Made by a program: the position numbers and the translations under genes. Under the pieces are notes generated by a model that was given only the letters and a program-made list of their open reading frames with translations, ran no database searches and had not been told where the DNA came from. A stretch of 64,000 bases of DNA from Flavobacteriia bacterium (GTDB lineage Bacteria > Bacteroidota > Bacteroidia > Flavobacteriales > Flavobacteriaceae): the NCBI GenBank assembly GCA_013298525.1, contig JAAFHW010000004.1, positions 479 through 64,478 on the forward strand, read 5' to 3'. Position 1 is the stretch's first letter. Each line of letters opens with the position of its first letter. This document shows, piece after piece, positions 59,973 to 64,000 of the stretch.

Positions 59973-60776
59973 TTAAAATCGATTATCTCCGTCTAATAAT
60001 CTGCCAATTCCACCAAGAAGACTTCCTTCTTCTTTAGAACTTCCGCCAGCTCTAGGCGCAGAAGCGATAATTCTATCGGCAAGACGACTAAAAGGCAATG
60101 ATTGAACATAAACTGTTCCAGGTCCACGAAGTGTTGCATAAAACATTCCTTCTCCTCCGAAAATTGTATTTTTAATTCCGCTAATAAATTCAACATCGTA
60201 ATCAACATCTTTTGTAAATCCTACAATGCAACCTGTATCAACTTTTAAAACTTCTCCAGCAGCTAATTCTCTTTTTGCTAAAGTTCCACCCGAATGTACA
60301 AATGCCATTCCGTCTCCTTCTAGTTTTTGCATAATAAAACCTTCACCACCAAAAAGACCACGACCAAGTTTTTTAGAAAATTCAATTCCAACAGAAACAC
60401 CTTTTGCAGCACACAAAAAAGCATCTTTTTGACAAATGAATTTTCCTTGAAATTGTCGTAAATCTATCGGAATAATTTTTCCGGGATAAGGAGAAGCAAA
60501 ACAAACTTTACTCTTGGTATTATTCTGATTTAAATATGCCGTCATAAAAAGACTTTCGCCAGTCAAAACTCTTTTTCCTGCAGAAAGTAATTTTCCAAAA
60601 ACACCACCTTGATCTTGACCTGAACCATCGCCAAAAATGGTTTCCATCTTGATTCCGTTATCCATCATCATAAAACTTCCAGCTTCTGCAACGACAATTT
60701 CTTGAGGATCAAGTTCTATTTCTACATATTGCATTTCTTCACCAAAAATTTGGTAATCTATTTCGTGAGCTTGCAT
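59973..60776 (-). CDS. TIGR00266/AIM24 family protein
   Basis: AEAGS, GESLF, FGGEGF, VDTGC, GPG.V..QS. Confidence 0.9.
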   Translation of the reverse strand: MQAHEIDYQIFGEEMQYVEIELDPQEIVVAEAGSFMMMDNGIKMETIFGDGSGQDQGGVFGKLLSAGKRVLTGESLFMTAYLNQNNTKSKVCFASPYPGKIIPIDLRQFQGKFICQKDAFLCAAKGVSVGIEFSKKLGRGLFGGEGFIMQKLEGDGMAFVHSGGTLAKRELAAGEVLKVDTGCIVGFTKDVDYDVEFISGIKNTIFGGEGMFYATLRGPGTVYVQSLPFSRLADRIIASAPRAGGSSKEEGSLLGGIGRLLDGDNRF

Positions 60777-60951
60777 AATTTCAATTTTTAAGATTATTAC
60801 TATTAGATAATTATTTAAACAAAAAGTTACAATGAAGATACTAAAAACACATCAAATACAGAAATGTTTAAAAAATTAAGTTTTAAAATATTTATTATAT
60901 AAAAAATTAATTATATTTTTACCATATTACTAACCAATAAAATAAATATTT

Positions 60952-61326
60952 ATGAATTCAATGTTTACAAAAATTGTTAGAATACTGTTAGGAATTATAC
61001 TTCTAGTTTTTGGAGCTAATAAGTTTTTTGGCTTTATTCCTTTGCCAGAATTGCCTGAACAAGCAAACAATTTTATGACCTCTTTAGGTGCAACCGGTTA
61101 TGTGCTCAAAATAGTTGGAGTATTAGAAATTGTTATTGGAGCCTTGCTTCTTATGAAAAAGTGGGTTGCTTTTGCGTTAACATTATTAGCGCCAATATCG
61201 ATTAACATTCTGTTATTTCATTTGTTTTTAGATGTAACTGGGATTGGAGGAGCATTATTAGTGGCTGTTTTAAACGGTATTCTCATTTATAAATATTGGA
61301 CACATTATAAATCATTATTTCAATAA
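60952..61326 (+). CDS. DoxX-like membrane protein
   Basis: RILLG....FG.NKF, four TM helices, P...NI..FH. Confidence 0.8.
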   Translation: MNSMFTKIVRILLGIILLVFGANKFFGFIPLPELPEQANNFMTSLGATGYVLKIVGVLEIVIGALLLMKKWVAFALTLLAPISINILLFHLFLDVTGIGGALLVAVLNGILIYKYWTHYKSLFQ

Positions 61327-61329
61327 AAT

Positions 61330-61360
61330 AAAAAAGCTTCCATTTTTGGAAGCTTTTTTT
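61330..61360. terminator. Bidirectional terminator
   Basis: AAAAAAGCTTCCA-tttt-TGGAAGCTTTTTTT. Confidence 0.9.
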
Positions 61361-62082
61361 TAGTATTCTAGTTTACCAACATGATTCATAACTCTTACAA
61401 TTTTCCCTTTCCTTTTTTCAATGTAAGATGATGAATTCGTTGCTTTATATTTTCTAGGATTTGGTAAAATGGCTGCAATTCCAGCTGCTTGAATTTTAGT
61501 TAAGTTTTTTGCGTCAGTTCTGTACCAATGTTCGGCTGCAGCTTCTGCACCATAAACACCTTTGCCCATTTCTATTGAGTTGAGGTAAACTTCCATAATG
61601 CGTTCTTTTCCCCAGACAAGTTCAATCAAAAACGTGAAATAAGCTTCCAATCCTTTTCTGATATAACTTCTGCCTTGCCATAGAAATACATTTTTTGCGG
61701 TTTGTTGTGAAATAGTGCTTCCTCCTTTAAGTTTTTTTCCACGATTGTTGTTTTTAAAAGCTTTTTGCATCGCTTTAAAATCAAAGCCATTATGTTTTAG
61801 AAAATTACCATCTTCACTAGCGATAACTGCTTTTTGAAGATTAACAGAAATATCCTCTAAAGGAACCCAATCATGGCTACAAGTCATTTCTTGTCCATCC
61901 ATTTTTTGTTCAATTGCTCTTGTAATCATTAATGGAGTGAAAGGAACAGGAATCCATTTAAAAAGAACAACTAATAAAATGGAAATGCCAAAAAACCAAA
62001 GCATAGACTTCCAGATAAATGTCTTAAGCTTTTGAAAGAAAGTTTTGTTTGTCGATTTTGAAATATTCTTTTTTGTTGCCAT
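61360..62082 (-). CDS. mtgA: Monofunctional peptidoglycan transglycosylase
   Basis: ASED..F..H.GFD, GGSTISQQTAKN, RKGLE, YLN. Confidence 0.95.
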   Translation of the reverse strand: MATKKNISKSTNKTFFQKLKTFIWKSMLWFFGISILLVVLFKWIPVPFTPLMITRAIEQKMDGQEMTCSHDWVPLEDISVNLQKAVIASEDGNFLKHNGFDFKAMQKAFKNNNRGKKLKGGSTISQQTAKNVFLWQGRSYIRKGLEAYFTFLIELVWGKERIMEVYLNSIEMGKGVYGAEAAAEHWYRTDAKNLTKIQAAGIAAILPNPRKYKATNSSSYIEKRKGKIVRVMNHVGKLEY

Positions 62083-63195
62083 TTATATTAATTCTGCTAA
62101 TTCTTGTCCTATTAAACTTCCAATTGCTACACCCATTCCACCAAGTCGAACGCCGCAATAAACATTTTCAGAGATTTGAGAAACAATTGGATTTTTATGT
62201 GAGCCAATTCCCATAATGCCACTCCAGCGATGTGCAATTTGAAATTCTTGATTGGGTAAAATTACATTTTTTAATAACTCTTCCAATCTATTTTGAATTT
62301 TTTCTGTTTGAGATAAATCAGTTGTAGTTTCTACTTCAAAATCTAAATTTCTTCCACCACCAAGTAGTATTCTATCTTCAAAATTTCTAAAATAATAATA
62401 TCCTTTGTCTAAATGAAAAGTACCACGAATGTCTAAATTTGGAATTGGTTCTGTAATTAAAACTTGTGCTCTTGCAGGTTTTACCGCATTATTTGTTAGT
62501 TGAGATGCAAAACCATTAGTAGCAAAAAGCAATTTTTTTGTTTCAAATGAGTAATCGTTTACAATAATTTCAACAGAATTATTTTTTTCAATATGTGAAG
62601 TAACTTCGGCTTGATTTAAAATTAGAATATCTTTAGAAATAGCTTCTTTAAGAAGTGCTTGCATCATATTTCCGGTATCAATCTGACCTTCATAGGGATT
62701 GAAAATAGAATATTCATGGATGTTTTGAAAATTAAATCGATCGAATTCTTTAGAAAAAACGTCTGATTTAAAAAGTGGTTTTATGATATCATTTATAAAA
62801 GGTAATTTTTGTAAACATTCATTATAAGTGTTTTCATCTTCTTTCAAAAATAATTCATAACCTCCATAAGGTTTGAAATCAATCGCTTCATCTCCAAGTC
62901 GTTTTCTTAAAATTTGCAATCCATTCCAACGTTTTTGAATCAATTGAATGACTTCTTCTTCAGAATGAGATTTTAAATCATCAATAATTTCTGACAAACT
63001 TCCAAAACAAGCAAATCCGGCGTTTTTTGTACTTGCGCCTTGAGGAAGAATTCCCTTTTCAAGTATTAAAATTTTACTTTTTGGAAATCGTTCACGAAGA
63101 TTTAAAGCGCAATGTAAACCTACAATTCCACTGCCTACGATAGTAAAATCTACCTTTGAAAACCAATTTTTTATTTCCCAATAACTTAAATGCAT
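62083..63195 (-). CDS. FAD-dependent oxidoreductase (DAO family)
   Basis: IVGSGIVG, GASTKNAG, WSGIMG, GGMGV; ATG at 63195 preferred. Confidence 0.88.
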   Translation of the reverse strand: MHLSYWEIKNWFSKVDFTIVGSGIVGLHCALNLRERFPKSKILILEKGILPQGASTKNAGFACFGSLSEIIDDLKSHSEEEVIQLIQKRWNGLQILRKRLGDEAIDFKPYGGYELFLKEDENTYNECLQKLPFINDIIKPLFKSDVFSKEFDRFNFQNIHEYSIFNPYEGQIDTGNMMQALLKEAISKDILILNQAEVTSHIEKNNSVEIIVNDYSFETKKLLFATNGFASQLTNNAVKPARAQVLITEPIPNLDIRGTFHLDKGYYYFRNFEDRILLGGGRNLDFEVETTTDLSQTEKIQNRLEELLKNVILPNQEFQIAHRWSGIMGIGSHKNPIVSQISENVYCGVRLGGMGVAIGSLIGQELAELI

Positions 63196-63398
63196 CGAAT
63201 ATTTTTTATAAAAATAATAATTTTTTAGAATTTTCATTTGAATTCGAATAATTTTATAAATTGTAAGAATAGTTGTGAATTTTATAAATTAAGAACATGC
63301 ACTTCATCGATTTGTTAATAACTTTTATAGAAACATGAAAATATGACAAAATTCTTGATAATTTTGATATTCTATTTTTTAACCAAAAACTAAATATT

Positions 63399-64000
63399 AT
63401 GAAGTTAAAGTTACTTCCTGTGGCATTATTAGCGATGACGAGTTTCGCTTTTGCTCAACAAAAAGGTTCATTTTGGAAAGCTTCTACTAACAAGAATGTA
63501 CCACTTCTTGAAAGTAGAATGCAATTACCAGAAAAAAATCTTTTAGATTTAGACGTGGACGCAATGAAAACTACGCTTTCAAGTTCACCAAAAAGAGATT
63601 TATCTTTAAAGTCTGCTGTGATTGTTTCCTTACCAAACGCTGATGGTGAAATGGAACAATTTAGAATTTATGAAAATTCCAACATGGATCCTGCTTTAGC
63701 AGCTAGATATCCAGAAATTAAATCTTACATTGGTGTTGGAATTAACAATCCTACTTTGACTGCTTATTTCAGTATGTCACCACTTGGATTTAAATCTATG
63801 GTTCTTGGAGCGGATAGATCTGCTGTTTTTATTGAGCCATTTTCTCAGGATTTAAAAACATATTCTATTTATAAGAAATTAGATAAAGCACAATCATTTT
63901 CACCTTTTGAATGTAGCGTTGTGGAAGAAGCATCTTCAAGTATTGATGGTTTAGCTTTACGTCCAAATGCAGATGATTCAACTTTAAGAACATTTCGTTT
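63399..64000 (+). CDS. Secreted reprolysin-like (M12-type) metallopeptidase, N-terminal part; runs off the window and is absent from the ORF track
   Basis: Signal peptide MKLKLLPVALLAMTSFAFA; propeptide LPNADG..EQFRIYE.S..DP.LAARYPEIKSY.G, FEC, NADDSTLRTFR as in Flavobacterium M12-like proteases; catalytic motif lies beyond the window. Confidence 0.7.
   Translation, partial: MKLKLLPVALLAMTSFAFAQQKGSFWKASTNKNVPLLESRMQLPEKNLLDLDVDAMKTTLSSSPKRDLSLKSAVIVSLPNADGEMEQFRIYENSNMDPALAARYPEIKSYIGVGINNPTLTAYFSMSPLGFKSMVLGADRSAVFIEPFSQDLKTYSIYKKLDKAQSFSPFECSVVEEASSSIDGLALRPNADDSTLRTFR

Noticed and set aside
872..60432. Numerous 60-113 aa alternative-frame or antisense ORFs in the track
   Set aside because: They lie within or overlap longer, well-supported genes and show no motifs; treated as chance ORFs

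Overview
AT-rich, gene-dense chromosomal segment, very probably from a Flavobacterium (Bacteroidota). Evidence: T9SS C-terminal sorting domains, TAnnTTTG -7 promoter elements, a MurF-Alr fusion and Flavobacterium-type repeats. It holds about 55 mostly housekeeping or envelope genes (rng, pbpC with alpha-2-macroglobulin, tadA, dxs, dgt, nrdBA, lysC, fbp, queD, lpxH, recJ, rsmI, tdk, murF-alr, mscL, asd, mtgA) and one tRNA-Ala(GGC). I saw no transposase, integrase, prophage or CRISPR array. Highlights: (1) an apparently cytoplasmic four-gene operon at 30825-33985 encoding a coiled-coil protein, a coiled-coil plus longin/roadblock-like protein, a Rab-like small GTPase and a soluble hybrid histidine kinase. 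(2) A His/CxxC-rich leader protein ending in a RAPP ribosome-arrest motif, whose 3' end can pair (10/10) with the initiation region of a downstream TonB-dependent receptor (57308-59927); this is a candidate metal-responsive translational switch. (3) An Omp28/TlpA/DUF6029-like outer-membrane thiol module whose barrel gene carries a 1-nt homopolymer frameshift. (4) Several short palindromic or heptamer repeat families, two of which also occur inside coding sequences. Family assignments come from recognising motifs by eye; no database search was run.
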